Notes: generated by a model from the letters alone, not told the origin. A DNA stretch of 64,000 bases from Pholidichthys leucotaenia (GCA_020510985.1 CM035846.1:202843081-202907080); one strand, 5' to 3'; positions 1 through 13,867 are shown, numbered from the stretch's first letter. A program made the numbers and translations.

Positions 1-567
1 GACATCAGCAGTTGTTGAAGTGTGGAATCTGCTGTGGGATCAGGGACATTTTAGGGCAAGGTAAAAACAAATAAAATAGATTGGCATGCCATTGTTCACT
101 CCGTCAATTCTGACTCTGGATGAGAATCTTGTCACTTGACTGAAAAAATGATGCTGGTCTTTAGCTTGACAAGTAAAGTTCTCAACATTACATTTTAATG
201 GATTAAATCATAAAAGAAGCATTGTTTAGAGTTGAGTTTTTATCATAGGTATGTTTTGTATATGATTATGGTAGGTAATCATGTGGGTTGAGGCAATGAT
301 GCTCATTATCAACACAGTTTTGCTTTTCACTTGTTTTTGTTGAAGTTTAGCAAGTAAGTGAATACTTATGTCAGAGGTGCATGACAGTACTTAGGCATTA
401 CCCCCAACACTGCTTAAAAAATGGAATATTTTTAATCCCTTTCACTCTGAAGAAAAAAAAAACATTGAGAATGTTTGAATTATATTTTGTTGTATTGCAT
501 GCTGAGATCAAAGTTTCAGAGCCATGACACTAAATATATTCTTAATTCTGTGTTTTCTTGTTTCCAG

Positions 568-711
568 CCTGGTGAAGGACATGGACTACTCGGTTAAGAA
601 AAGTGTGGATCACCTCTTCTACATCTCCGTGCTGGTTGGTGTGACGTATGATGGAGAAATATTCAAAGTGGACCATGAGAATGATCGCAGCTGGAACTAT
701 AGAATTCACAA
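568..711 (+). CDS. Host-gene coding exon (phase-2 start): ..LVKDMDYSVKKSVDHLFYISVLVGVTYDGEIFKVDHENDRSWNYRIH(N)
   Basis: Polypyrimidine tract plus AG acceptor at 566-567 and GTAAGT donor at 712-717. The open frame joins in-frame to the next exon at 939. No TE homology. Confidence 0.5.
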
Positions 712-938
712 GTAAGTTATATTTTTGTTTTATCAGGAAGGTTAAATAAAATTCTAGTAATGCACTTTATAAATGTTTTTATAAACATTGTACAGTTATT
801 TTTGTGCATTTCTCATTCATGTCCAGTTTGACTCGGTTCTTGATATGTCAGTATTTTTGGGGTGTTTTGCACTAAAATAAATATTTTCAATTTAAAAACC
901 AAACCCTGAAACCTTGTGCATTTTTCTCTTGTCTTCAG

Positions 939-1038
939 TTGGTCGCCCTCTGTTCACGTTTGTGGAATGATCCGGGATGATGATAAAAGTGTGTGGCTGG
1001 TTGGCGAACAGGAGGGTGTAGTTCATCTCGGCCATGTT
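939..1038 (+). CDS. Host-gene coding exon: (N)WSPSVHVCGMIRDDDKSVWLVGEQEGVVHLGHV
   Basis: tcttcAG acceptor at 937-938 and GTGAGT donor at 1039-1044. The phase is compatible with the 568-711 exon (AA+T = Asn). Confidence 0.45.
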
Positions 1039-1376
1039 GTGAGTGTTGCTCATAATCTCTGAACTTTAAGCAGTCTTGGTCATGATCATCACAGTTTTGA
1101 TGGTAAAAATTATTTTAATATGATGGATTTTAATTATCATTAATGAATGAAAGATGCAGAGAGCCAAGGAGCTAGTAGGCCGATCTGACAGCCAAAACGT
1201 ATTTTAAATTGTATGGTAATTGTGTCATGTCCATCTAGATGAGCTAAAGCACATATAGCATATGATGCATTGGGGGATGTGTCTTGCTTGTGGCTGGAAA
1301 GAAATCTGATCGGCTGATGGTGATCAGGGCCAGTGAAGCCATTCGTTTAGATTCAGATAATCAAAAAGCTCCATGA

Positions 1377-3290
1377 GTGGAGAGTTGCCCTTTTCAGTCA
1401 GTTTCCTCCCCAAGGAGAGCATGGTTTTGTTCTTTGTCACATCTAACTAAAAACTTGGCTATTTGGCTCCAAGGAGCTGCTGCCTTGTTCTTGTTCATGG
1501 AACAAGACTTTTGGTCAGCCTCGAAGAGATTCTGGCAAACTGTCCGGCGGCTTAGGAGGGGAAAGCAGCTCCCTGTCCACACTGTGTATGGTGCGGATGG
1601 GGCACTGTTGACTTCGACTGGGGATGTCGTCGGGCGGTGGAAGGAATACTTCAAGGATCTCCTCAATCCCACTGATACGCCTTTCACAGAGGAAGGAAGC
1701 AGAGTTTGGGGACGAGGGGGATGACTCACCTATCACAGGGGCTGAGGTTGCCAAGGTGGTTAAAAATCTCCTTGGTGGCTGGGCCCCGGGGGTGGACGAG
1801 ATTCGCCCTGAGTACCTCAAGGCCCTGGATGTTGTTGGGCTGTCATGGTTGACATGCCTCTGCAACATTGCGTGGAGGTCGGGGGCAGTGCCTTTGGCAT
1901 GGCAAACCGGGGTGGTGGTTCCTCTCTTCAAAAAAGGGGACTGAAGGGTGTGCTCCAACTTTAGAGGGATCACACTCCTCAGCCTCCCTGGGAAGGTCTA
2001 TGCCAAGGTACTAAAGAGTAGAGTCCGGCCATTGGTCGAACCTCAGATTCAGGAGGAGCAATGTGGTTTTCGTCCTGGCCGTGGCACATCGGACCAGCTC
2101 TTTACCCTCTCGAGAATTCTTGAGGGTTCGTGGGAGTTTGCCCAACCAGTTTACTTGTGTTTTGTGGACTTGGAGAAGGCATTTGACTGCGTTGGTTTTT
2201 TGTGGGGGGTGCTTCGGGAGTATGGGGTATCGGGCTTGTTGTTACAAGCTATTCGGTCTCTGTACGACCATTGTGAGAGTTTGGTTCGCATTGCCAACAC
2301 TCGGTCGGAGTCATTCCCAGTGAGAGTTGGACTCCGCCAGGGCTGCTGCCCTTTGTCACCAATCCTGTTCATAACTTTTATGGACAGGATTTCTAGGTGC
2401 AGCCAGGGAATGGAGGGTGTCATGCTTGGTGACCACAGGATCTCATCTCTGTTGTTTGCAGATGATGTTGTCCTGTTGGCTTCATCCAGCAATGACCTAC
2501 AGCTCTTGCTGGGACGGTTTGCCACTGAGTGTGAAGCGGCTGGGATGAGAATCAGCACCTCCAAGTCCGAGTCCATGGTCCTCAGCTGGAAAAAGGTGAA
2601 TTGTCCTCTCTGGGTTGGGGACAGGCTCCTGCCCCAAGTGGAGGAGTTTAAGTATCTTGGGGTCTTGTTCACGAGTGAGGGGAGAATGGAGCGAGAGATT
2701 GACAGACGGATTGGAGCAGCATCTGCAGTGATGCGGACATTGTACCGGTCTGTTGTGGTGAAGAGGGAGCTTAGTCCTAAGGCAAAGCTGTCGATTTACC
2801 AGTCAATCTACGTTCCTACTCTCACCTATGGTCACGAGCTTTGGGTAATGACCGAAAGAACAAGATCGCGGCTACAAGCGGCTGAAATGAGCTTTCTCGG
2901 AAGGATTGCTGGACTCACCCTCAGAGATGGGGTGAGGAGCTCAGTCATCCGGGAGAGGCTCAGAATAGAACCGCTGCTCCTCCACATTGAAGGGAGTCAG
3001 TTGAGGTGGTATGGGCATCTGATTAGGATGCCTCCTGGACGCCTCCCACTTGAGAGCCCGGGGCAGACCCAGGACTCGGTGGAGAGACTGTCTCCCAGCT
3101 GGTCTGGGAACGCCTTGGTATCCTCTCTGAAGAGCTGGAGCAGGTGGCTGGGGAGAGGGAAGTCTGGGCTTCTCCGCTTGAACTGCTGCCTCTGTGACCC
3201 GGACCTCCGGAAAAGCAGTAGATGGATGGATGGATGGATGGAGCTGCTGCCTGCATGGGATGACCTGAGATAGGGATGTCCCACTAACAA
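1377..3290 (+). mobile_element. 5-prime-truncated L2/CR1-like non-LTR retrotransposon. RT domain with frameshifts; 3-prime tail with (GATG)n.
   Basis: ORFs 1377-1724, 1624-1944 and 1948-3273 give RT motifs ([49 protein letters not shown]). They are collinear with the 866-aa ORF at 60949-63549 on the minus strand. The tail gatggatggatggatgg lies at 3224-3245. Confidence 0.8.
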
Positions 3291-4194
3291 CAAAAGGGTG
3301 AAAGACCCTTAGGCCTGGTGCACACAACAACGTTTTCGTTTAGACCCAGAGAGAAACATCTGCATGCACACATCACCTCACAGAAGCAACCGCGCGTGCA
3401 CACTGATCCACCGATGGTGTGAAAACTGCTGTTGGAACTAACAGTTTTACTAGGGACTTTGGATTATTACTAAAAATGCCAGATTCCTTCTGCAATAAAT
3501 ATTTATATTCATTTTCTTAAAGGTCTGATGACACGATTTTGACATTTTTTAGTATGTTGTGTAAACCCAAAAGTCATTGTCGATGATCAATGTAACATTT
3601 ACAACCGCGCCTGCATAAACTAATTATCATCAAAAAACAGCAGCCGCTGACTGGACTGTGGAGCCACCCACCGAATTAAGGGCGGCACCTCCATGACGTA
3701 ATCGACAGAACGGACTCCGGTGTTGTTGACTGGAATGATAGCAGCTTTGTAGCTCTCTGGTTTCTTGTTATAATTTTACGGCTATGCCTTCGCGTTGTCA
3801 CAGGCTTAGATAAGCAGCAAGCCGTGAAAGACCACATCACACACTTCAGCTCCAACTGTTACAAGCCTCCTCGTGCGCTTTTATGCAGGAGGAGGGCACG
3901 AGGAGGGGAAGGATTAATGGATTTACTCTGTGAGCACATGCTGATGCTCGCCCATCCGGCCACGTCCCCTCTCTCATTATCACCAGCTGATTCCCCTCCC
4001 GCTGATCATGTTTCCCGGTCCTCGCCCAGGTGCTTCTCATCACACCATCACCAGCAGTGTTTGTACTTCACGGCCATTTGCCAGTCATGCAGTGATGGTC
4101 CATAGTATTGTCATCTGTGCTGTTAGTCTGCCAGTATTTTCAGCACTCTCACGACGTGTTAGTCACTCCATGTTCACCGCGGTTCTCGTGCGTC

Positions 4195-4625
4195 CTTGAA
4201 GCGATGTCGGCTCTGGGGCGCACCTGTGGCTAACTCGTCTCCTCCCATTCGTTCTCTGGGTGATGCCGGCCCCGAACGGCATCAGTAAATGTGTTTGTGT
4301 TTTTTGTATGTCTTCACCTTTTTTGGAATTGTCTGTCGTTCTGTATTAAATGTGCTGTGGTGAGCCCTGCACGTAAATCCTCGTTATTTCATCCTCCCTC
4401 TCCGTGCCCTGCGTAAAAGCGCACGGAGAGTTTATGATGAATGGATTTATGCGCGGGATTCACCACAGCACATGTATTGAACATAGACTGATCCCAAAAG
4501 GTGAAGACTTAGAAAAATACACAGAAACACAAACAGTAGGCGTTCGGGGCTGACATCGCCCAGCGAACATGGAGAGGAGACATGTTAACCATGGTTGCAC
4601 CCCAGAGCCGACATCGCTACAAGGG
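4195..4625. repeat. Foldback/MITE-like inverted repeat. Arms of ~130 bp (4195-4325 vs 4495-4625) around a ~170-bp spacer that itself holds a small inverted repeat.
   Basis: Reading shows tgatgccggccccgaacggcatcagtaaatgtgtttgtg...cttcacctttt is the reverse complement of aaaaggtgaagactt...cacaaacagtaggcgttcggggctgacatcgcc. The outer segments (gcgatgtcggctctggggcgcacctgtgg / ccagagccgacatcgc) also pair. Confidence 0.55.
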
Positions 4626-5229
4626 GCGCAACAGAACCACGGCTATGTGGAGTGGCGAACACGTCGTGATAGTGTTGGCAATATTGGCTGGCTGACAACA
4701 CGGCAGATGATGCACGCAAAACATGAACAGCTGACTGTCACTGAGTCTGACTCGCTAGGCACGATGCCCGCTTGGCAGGGCTCAAACCTATATGGTTTGA
4801 TGCCCCAGATTCTTCATTGTCATCCCATTCTTCGGAACTATAATCGTCTGAAGATTGAACAACACAAACCAATTCCAGACAACATGTCCTGGAACCATCG
4901 ATGTTTTCAACCGCTTCCATCCTGTGTGTACAAAGGGCAGCCAAGCGCTGTGTTCTGTCAATGACATGACAACATGGCCGGGGGTTTTTCCAGCCACTGA
5001 CGCAATTGGTGATGTGGAGCTCATAAAAGTGTCGGATATCCGCGTGATAAAAAGCCTGTTTGACTTAGAACTGCACAGACCAACCTATTTCGTCATATTG
5101 TATTGTGTTGAAAAATTAGATGAAGTCAAAAATGTGTCATCAGCACTTTAAAGCTGAAAGAATGAGGGAGTAATAACGCACAGAGATGACGTTTGTTGTG
5201 ATTAGGCGCTATACAAATAAAGTTGAATT

Positions 5230-6607
5230 AAATAAATCATGGTCTTGTGTGAAAAAGTGATTGCCACCCCCCACCCTCGTTAAAACATAAATTAACTGTG
5301 GTTTATCACATCTTTGGAAAGCTGAGTTCAGTTTCTCTCGCCACACCCAGGCCTGGCTACTGCCACACCTGTTCTCAATCAAAAAATCACTTAAAATAGG
5401 ACCTGCCTGACAAAGTGAAGTAGACCAAAAGATCCTCAAAAGCTAGACATCATCCAAACAAATTCAGGAACAAATGAGAAACAAAGTAATTGAGATCTAT
5501 CAGTCTGGAAAAAGTTATAAAGCCATTTCTCAAGCTTTGGGACTCCAGCAAACCACAGTGAGAGCCATTATCCACAAATGGCAAAAACATGGAACAGTGG
5601 TGAACCTTCCCAGGAGTGGCCGGCCGACCAAAATTACCCCAAGAACGCAGCAACGACTCATCCAAGAGGTCACAAAAGACCCCACAACAACATCCAAAGA
5701 ACTGCAGGCCTCACTTGCCTCAATTAAGGTCAGTGTTCATGACTCCATCATAAAAAAAGAGACTGGGCAAAAATGGCCTGCATGGCAGATTTCCAAGACG
5801 AAATCCACTGCTGAGCAAAAAGAACATAAAGGCTCATTTCAGCTTTGCCAGAAAACATCTTGATGATCCCCAAGATTTTGAGAAAATACTCTGTGGACTG
5901 ACGAGACAAAAATTGAATATTTTGGAAGGTGTGTGTCTCATTACATGCGGCGTAAAAGTAACACTGGGGCTGTTTTGCTGCTTCAGGACCTGGAAGACTT
6001 GCTGTGGTAAATGGAACCATGAATTCTGCTGTCTACCAAAAAATCCTGAAGGAGAATGTCCGGCCATCTGTTTGTGACCTCAAGCTGAAGCACACTTGGG
6101 TTCTGCAGCAGGACAATGATCCAAGACATACCAGCAAGTCCACCTTTGAATGGCTTAATAAAAACAAAATGAAGACTTTGGAGTGGCCTAGTCAAAGTCC
6201 TGACTTGAATCCAATTGAGATGCTGTGGCCTGACCTTAAAAAGGCGGTTCATGCTCGAAAACCCTCCAATGTGGCCGAATTACAACAATTCTGCAAAGAT
6301 AAGTGGGCCAAAATTCCTCCGCAGCGCTGTAAAGACTCATTGCCAGTTGTCAGTTGTTGCTGCTAAGGGTGACCCAACCAGTTATTAGGTTTAGGGGGGC
6401 AATCATTTTTTCACACAGGGCCATGTAGGTTTGGATTTTTCTCCCCTTAATAATAAACACCTTCATTTAAAAACTGCATTTTGTGTTTACTTGCGTTACC
6501 TTTGTCTAATATTTAAATTTGTTTGATGATCTGAAACATTTAAGTGTGACAAACATACAAAAAATGAGAAATCAGGAAGGGGGCAAACACTTTTTCACAC
6601 CACTGTA
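5230..6607 (+). mobile_element. Tc1/mariner DNA transposon, degenerate. Transposase HTH and DDE regions with frameshifts; 3-prime TIR ending ..CACACCACTG.
   Basis: ORF 5474-5863 (GRPTKITPRTQQRLIQEVTKDPTTTSKELQ) and ORF 6004-6366 (WVLQQDNDPRHTSK...[16 protein letters not shown]). The right end 6380-6607 is a typical Tc1 TIR (ggcaatcattttttcacacagggccatgtagg...cttttcacaccactg). Confidence 0.8.
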
Positions 6608-8224
6608 TAATTGCAGGCAATAAAAAAATCTGACTATCCGACAGCTGCTTTGAATATTTGATGAGTCTTCAGTCATAACTTTTACAAAAGCATTACAAGT
6701 AAGAGAAAATAGTGACATGATGAGATGTCAGGCTGCAGCCACATCTCATCATTTGCGCAGTACAAAAGTGGATTTGAAACATGGGCAGCTCCACAGTGAT
6801 TTGTTCATCATTCAGCAATAGCAGGCATCCTCCTTAGTTATAATTTTGACGATTATTTTTCCATGTAAGGCTGCATCTATTGTGTAAAAAAGCAGTTTTA
6901 CAGATGCCATTAACAGCCCATTTTTAACCTGATCCTTACCATAAATGCATCAGGCTTAAAATTTTGTCATGGAGCCCGTATTTCTGTGAGAAATACACAA
7001 AGCTCTATATCTGTATTTCTCTGTGAGAAATAAATGCTCCCTGGTGTATGGATTGGCTGAAATCTGTTGTAAACTGGGGCTGTAGCTTTTTATTTCTGTA
7101 GATACGGACCACTGTTGCCAAGTCCGCTTATTATAAGCGACTTTGGGCTTGTTTTTTGTCTAAAGTTGCTTACAAATGTCGTCAGCCACGGGTTGTGGGT
7201 TTTTGAGCTTGTTTAACGTGTAGTTGCTTATTTGGGCTTGCTTTGCTGTCTGTGTGACAGCTCTCCATATGGGACCTTTTTTTTTTTTACTTTATTAGAA
7301 CACACAATTTTTACAGCAAAACTGTGAGGCTGCCAGGGGACTAATAATACTTTTACATTCAGAAGAGTTTCAAGCCAAGGTTGCAATACAAAAATAAAAT
7401 TATGATATTTATGTACAAATACTAAACTTCTCAAGAACACCAAACACCTGAATAGCTTTCTTATTTTTTATGCTGCTAATAGTTGTGCCATATTGTTTCA
7501 GTTCACAATAAAAATGTTCAAAGTTTGGTTTCACTCCGGAGTCTGTCCACTGCTTGTGTTTGTGTAACTTTCCTTTTAGCAAAAACAATTGTATGACACA
7601 AAGTCCTTGTTCATTGATTTTTGTTCAAATCCAAAAATGATGTCTCTCAAAATAGAATTCTTTGTCTAGTCCTCTGCAAAATAAAATGTTGAACATTTGT
7701 CCAAAAGGTCTTTGTGTAAATACAATTAACAGATGAGATTGACTCTTTGCAGTCCACAAAAAACACAAAAATAATCTATTTTGAGTCCAAACCTTTCAAA
7801 TAAATCTTTAACAGGGTACATACAATGCAAAATTTTATAAGAAACTTCCTTTTCCTTGTTATTAACAAAAAAATTATCATTAATTGACCAAATTTGTTGC
7901 CAGTTTAACCCTTGATACAGAGCTGCCCAAAAACCTTGACATATTCCCACTGTCTGCATAATGCTTCTTATATATTTATCGCATATGGGACCTTAAATCA
8001 AAAAAATTCTCCTTTGAAATGAATGGCAAGAACGAAATTATCTCTTGATCCCGATCAAATTTTGCCACGAGTTACACATATGTTTGTCAATATGCTTGTC
8101 GGCTGTCATATAATATAAAATTGTCGGCTGTCATATAATAACAGATTAATATTTAGTTTTTGTTTAAATAACTAGCGGACAACTCCCGTCACCCCACATC
8201 ACTAAACACGATTACAATTTTTCA

Positions 8225-8440
8225 GTTTTTTTGTTGACTGTCGACTTTACCATCAATGTGCTGTTGCTTATGCAGAATGCACGTTTTATCAGAGTTTAAG
8301 AATTTAAGTTATTCAAAGTTTTTATGTTGACTGTGTTGACTATATAAATTTGCTGTCGCTTATGCAGAATGCATATGTATTTTCCTTTAATTAGAGTTTA
8401 TAAAATTCAGTTATTCAGTACTGACTGTTTACAATCAGTT
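8225..8440. repeat. Local tandem duplication, ~2 x 110 bp (ttgactgt..gctgt(t/c)gcttatgcagaatgca..agagttta..attcagttattca)
   Basis: Two adjacent diverged copies are visible by eye. Confidence 0.4.
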
Positions 8441-8539
8441 CACTGCAAAAAAAAAAAAAATAAAAAAATTGATATATCTATACTGTTATCAAGCAGCCTC
8501 TCCTTTACACAGTGTGGTAGGTTGGCTGTTGGGCTGTTT

Positions 8540-8665
8540 TGGGGCTTGTTTCCATAGAGCTGGCAGGGTGTACCCTGCCTCTCGCCCATAGATGCTGGGA
8601 TAGGCTCCAGCTGAAAAGGATTAGGCGGAAGAAGATGGATGGATGGATGGATGGTTGCTTGTTTC
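8540..8665 (+). mobile_element. Fragment of a LINE 3-prime tail (teleost L2-type tail motif) ending in (GATG)n
   Basis: gtaccctgcctctcgcccatagatgctgggataggctccagc...ggaagaagatggatggatggatggatgg. The reverse-oriented equivalent is at 49950-50060 and a partial one at 50330-50400. Confidence 0.5.
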
Positions 8666-10337
8666 TCTCGCGAGATCTGGCAACACTGATACAGATGCGC
8701 TTAAACGGCGCCAGGAAAACCTCTCCACTCTGGAGGCTGGTTTCAAATCTTGACACTTTCACACCTTCAAACGCCTCGTGTAGTGAGCACAGACAGCTAA
8801 ACTGGAGATGACCTTCCACGGTTTGGGGTAAAAACGTCATGAGCACGGCCCCTTTAGTGGATGAATGCTCACTACTGTGAGTCAGTTTCTACATATCAAC
8901 AGAGAGGATCTATTATAATAAGCTAGCACAGTGTCTTTCAACTGGGGTGCTGCGGCCCCTTGCCATGAGAGATCATTTGGGGTGCTGTGGGAAATTTTCT
9001 AATGCTGCTTTCAAACTACAATTTGCAAGTCACAGGCACAGGCTTCGTTAGCATAAATTAACACCTCAGCAACCCTCCATGGCGTTTTCATACGTCAAGG
9101 AGATGTGGGTCAGATTGCCCACTGATAACTATGCATTTCTCCTAGGTATAAAGTTTCATTCCCTCACATCGCTGATGTCACACAAACATGACATAAACCT
9201 GGAAACTGGAGATGCCAGCTGCTACTGATTAGTTGAGTCACTGGCATTTTAACAGGTCTTTTACTGCCCCATGTCGAACACAGCACAGATCAGTGGTTGA
9301 TTGGAATACACTGATCTGTCAAGTTCAGCCATTGTTGTTCTTTGTCCTCTGATTCAGCAGGCTTGCAAAATCCATCCTAATTTTACATAATTACCTTCAT
9401 TTTGTTTTCATTTCGGTGCCGAATAGCTTTCATATTTCCAGGAAGAGATACTGTGTGTGTGTGGGGGGCGGGGGGGGCTTGCATTTTTATTTGGTGGGGT
9501 TGTGTGTTTGTGTGTCCACCACTACACAAAGTGGGATACTTTTTTTTCCGGAGGGGGCTGCTATGGAAAAGAGGAGCAGAGCATCACAGGGTGAAAGTTA
9601 ATGCAGGGTGAACTGGGTTGCACGAATGAGCACAGAGCAGAGCTGAACATGGAAACTGCCCAGTGCCGAACCAGGACATGCTGATGTCTGCTCCACAGCA
9701 GCCGGAGATGGTCAGAGCTGCTGCAGGCCTGAAAAAAATGTTCTTAAAAGAAACAGCTGACTCTCAGCTGCTGCAGCACGTCAGCCCACACCACCATCCG
9801 GAGGGGCACACCAGCCGGAAAAATGTCACCACCACCTCCAGAAACCACATCCTGATGTTGGCTGCCCTCGGCAGTAAACAAGTGATGGACACAGAGTTCC
9901 ACCCACCCATCCATCTATCCGCCCCCAGTAAGTCTCATATTCAAACTAGTTTGTTCTCCTGGTAACAGAAGAACATCAGCGCTGATTTGTATATAATTGT
10001 GCCGCACTTCACACAGAGTGTAAACAAATTACAACATGAGCACAACAGGACTGCTTGTGGCTGAATTTCCTGACAGCTGCACAATTCCAGAAAGTTTGGA
10101 AGAATAAATAGAAAACTGAATTCCAAAACTTGGGTGTGGGAGCATTTTGGGCTGAAGCCAAATGACCAAGGAGAGCCCAGCAATGTCAGTGAGCTGGTAT
10201 GTGGCCTATATATGAAAACAGTTGAAATGAAAAGTGAAAAAGCATTGAAAGCATAACTATTCCACTTAGTTTTTCTAATTGCAAGTGGGAAGAAAACTGC
10301 ACTCAGGGACGCAGACCCCTCCATTTCCCCACAGTCT

Positions 10338-11520
10338 GATATACAGTGCATCTGGAAAGTATTCACAGCGTTTCACTTTTTTCCACACTTTGTTAGCCTT
10401 ATTTCAAAATGGATTAAATTCATTTTTCTTGAAAATCTACACACAATACCCCACAATGACAATGTGAAAAAAGTTTTTGAGATATTTTTGCAAATTTATT
10501 AAAAATGAAAACCTAAGAAATCACATGTACTTAAGTATTCACAGCCTTTGCCATGAATCTCAAAATTGAGCTCAGGTGCATCCTGTTTCCACTGATCATC
10601 CTTGAGATATTTCTACAGCTTAACTGGAGTCCACCTGTGGTAAATTCAGTTGATGAGACATAATTTGGAAAGGCACACACCTGTCTATATAAGGTCCCAC
10701 AGTTGACAGTGCATGTCAGAGCACAAACCAAGCATGAAGTCAAACGAATTGTCTGAAGACCTCCGAGACAGGATTGTCTCGGGGGCAGAAATCTGGGGAA
10801 GGGTACAGGAAAATTTCTGCTGCTTTGAAGGTCCCAATGAGCACAGTGGCCTCCATCATCCGTAAGTTGAAGAATTTCAGAACCACCGGGACTCTTCCTA
10901 GAGCTGGCCAGCCGTCTAAACTGAGCGACTGGGGGAGAAGGGTCTTAGTCAGGGAGGTGACCACGAACCTGATGGTCACTCTGTCAGAGCTCTAGCGTTC
11001 CTCTGTGGAGAGAGGAGAACCTTCCAGAAGGACAGCCATCTCTGCAGCAATCCACCAATCAGGTCTGTATGGTAGAGTGGTCAGACGGAAGCCACTCCTT
11101 AGTAAAAGGCACATGGCAGCCCGCCTGAAGTTTGCCAAAAGGCACCTGAAGGACTCTCAGACCATGAGAAACAAAATTCTCTTGTCTGATGAGACAGAGA
11201 TTAAACTCTTTGACATGAATGCCAGGCGTCATGTTTGGAGGAAACCAGGCACCACTCATCACCAGGCCAATACCATCCATAGAATGAAGCATGGTGTTGG
11301 CAGCATCATGCTATGTGGATGTTTTTCAGCAGCAGAAACTGGGAGACTAGTCAGGATAGAGAGAAAAATGAATGCAGCAATGTACAGAGACATCCTGGAT
11401 GAAAACCTGCTCCAGAGTGCTCTTGACCTCAGACTGGGGCGACGGTTCATCTTTCAGAAGGACAACGACCTTAAGCACACAGCCAAGATATCAGAGTGGC
11501 TTCAGGAGAAATCCCAGAGT
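10338..11520 (+). mobile_element. Tc1-like DNA transposon. 5-prime TIR TACAGTGCATCTGGAAAGTATTCACAGCG; transposase truncated at its 3-prime side by a SINE.
   Basis: ORFs 10774-10995 and 11005-11610 (HTH region then KRHLKDSQTMRNKILLSDETEIKLFD...HGVGSIMLCGCFSAAETGRLVRIE...FQKDNDLKHTAK). The frame runs directly into SINE sequence at about 11520. Confidence 0.8.
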
Positions 11521-11650
11521 AAACCCACGCAGACACGGGGAGAACATGCAAACTCCACACAGATCACTGTTGGTCGGGGGCTGGGATCGAACCCAGGATC
11601 CCCCGGCTAAGGGTGAATTACTGTGCTGCCGCAGTGCTAACCACTCCGCC
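11520..11650 (-). mobile_element. Partial tRNA-derived SINE (gggagaacatgcaaactccacacag family)
   Basis: Same sequence family as 37773-38093 and 50500-50650. The reverse complement contains GGTTCGATCCCAGCC (B-box-like). Confidence 0.5.
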
Positions 11651-13867
11651 ACAAAATGTTTGTCTGCAAAAATTTATTATTACAGGACTACTTACAACAC
11701 TAAATTGTCATTAGATATGCCATAAGAGGCTACAGTGTCGTTTCGTAACATTTTGGATTGGTGGGGTGCCGTAGGATTTATTTTTCCAATGTAGAAGGGG
11801 TATCATGGCTCCAGAAAGGCTGAAAAACACTTGAGCTAGCATATCCCCTCTCCTACGCTGGCAGACAGGATCTGTAATTCTAAAAAATATCTTGCGTTCT
11901 CCTGTCTGAAAAACAAGTATCCCTATCAGGCTTTACAGGCCCAAATGTAGGCTGTGTTTGAAAGTGGAATACAAAGAGGTGTAGGCTATGTGTAGGCAAT
12001 CACATGTTAGACTTTGACAAATAAATGGCATTAAGATTTGATTGTGTGAATATTAAGTACAGAATACCTAAATATTGAAAATGAATGGGACATCCAGTAT
12101 TGGTGACTGTTTCAGATCCCTTGTTTGTCAGATCACTTATTTGTGTGATGTTTTATCACTTATATTCAAGATAATAGTGTATCTTGCACTTTAGGGAATG
12201 GGAGTTGTTCAGTCATAATTATTTTAGTTTATATCACTCTTCAGTGATGGAGTTCAGTGTAATATTGAATTTCTTCTGTGGATCGTCAGTCATACAGTAC
12301 TATAACAGGACACGTTTACAAATATTTGAGACCCATTGTAGTGCGTCAGTTTATATTTTAGCAATAATTTGTTGTTAAAAGGTTTTTTAAAACTTGAACG
12401 CTAAAATTGAGATGGTGCTTATATCGTCGTGCTGGGGCGATACTGAGGCCAAATAATGATCTGAACCTTGAGGGCGTGACTGGCAAAGACTAACAATGTG
12501 AGTGCTGTGGCTCTATTATAAGCGGTTTGTTTTTTATTGATGCAAGAAGAATTTTTTTTATTATTATGCCACCTAAACGATCACATTTTTGATCCTCTAA
12601 ACGTTAACCAAAATGCAATTTTTTTTCGCCCACTCCTCAGACCCGGTGAAGAATTTTACAAACTGGAAAAAATGTGTCCCATGCTAAAAATTTTCCGACG
12701 TATCCAGCGTATGGTAGATACATCCTGCATTCGTGGAGCAAAGGTTGGAGGGCCTCCCCCCCCCATTTTTTTTGACCTTGCAGTCTGTACTATCAGCTGT
12801 CCGGTGCTGTTCTGATGGATACGTCAAAATGTCAGAACACTGGAGGAGGTGGATCCAGTCAGCTGATCGTTCGAACCGCAGAGCTCAGCTGTTTTCCATG
12901 ATAAATCAGCCTCAGGGCAAAAGCACACTCCATGCATTATCTTTTTTTTTTCACTTTATTAAAAATAACCATCAGTTAGCATGCCTTTGAGCCACGTCGT
13001 GTCTGGCCGCTGCTTCTCTCGGCATGTTCTGTGTTGATTTGTCAGACCCGGTCCCCGCTGACGCTTCACCCAGTCTGCTTGCGCACTTCATGTTCTCCAC
13101 ATATGCTGAATTATCCTTTAGACCTACGCAATCATGGCAACTTTATGGTATAATTTTTTTAAGCATTAAATCTTCAGTATTATGTTTTTCTCATCACATT
13201 TGTCATTTTTCACTTCCTTGTTTTGTCCAGGGAACACTGTGGTGACTGACAGGTCGTGGTGCCATGTATTATCCAATCAGCATGGTCATGGTGCCTGTTA
13301 TGTATGGAATTACCTCCGTAATGACGAGGCCAGGTGCACAGTTGAACTCAGCTTTTTTGGGTTGAACACACACAATACAGGCACCAGGCAGGGGCACTGG
13401 CAAAGAGGCTGGATAGGGATGGCCGCTGGTATTTATAGGGCTGTGCAGTGGCGGCAGAGGAAGTGACCGCCACTACACCACACTTCATAATAAAACAACA
13501 ATATTACAGTGCCGTGTATTATCCAGTCAGCATGACTGTGATTCCACGTATTATCCAATCAGCACGGAGTCAATCCAAAACCCTGCCCACACTTCTTAAA
13601 GTCAGGGCATGAAGAGACAGAATGGTGGCAAAGCGGTGGCTAAACTTTTATTGATAAAAATTACCATACGTATTTTGACTGAGCGAGTCCATACTCGGGG
13701 ATGCACACCCTTGTAACCTCAGCAAAACATATAAAACCTTAGGTCAGCCTGATGAACTGTTCAAGAGATATGCATGGAACAGACACACAGAGATTCTGTG
13801 CATTTATAGATAGATGTTCACTGGCATTAATGGTTATTTTGTTATGCTGAAAATGTTGACATTGTCT

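Noticed and set aside
2151-2672. ORFs antisense to LINE reverse transcriptases (2151-2672 on the minus strand and 61529-62053 on the plus strand encode the same [20 protein letters not shown].. peptide)
   Set aside because: They are mirror-strand read-throughs of the RT coding sequence. The same pseudo-protein appears twice only because the LINE is present twice. No independent signal.
3224-3245. (GATG)n / (CCAT)n tracts at 3224-3245, 8636-8660 and 60929-60949 as independent microsatellites
   Set aside because: They are the characteristic 3' tails of the L2/CR1-like LINE copies.
12537-13466. ORFs 12537-12815, 12733-12990 and 13182-13466 as genes
   Set aside because: They have no domain signature, low complexity, no splice context and lie among short repeats (gtattatccaatcagca x3 at 13268-13560). 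They are treated as non-coding.
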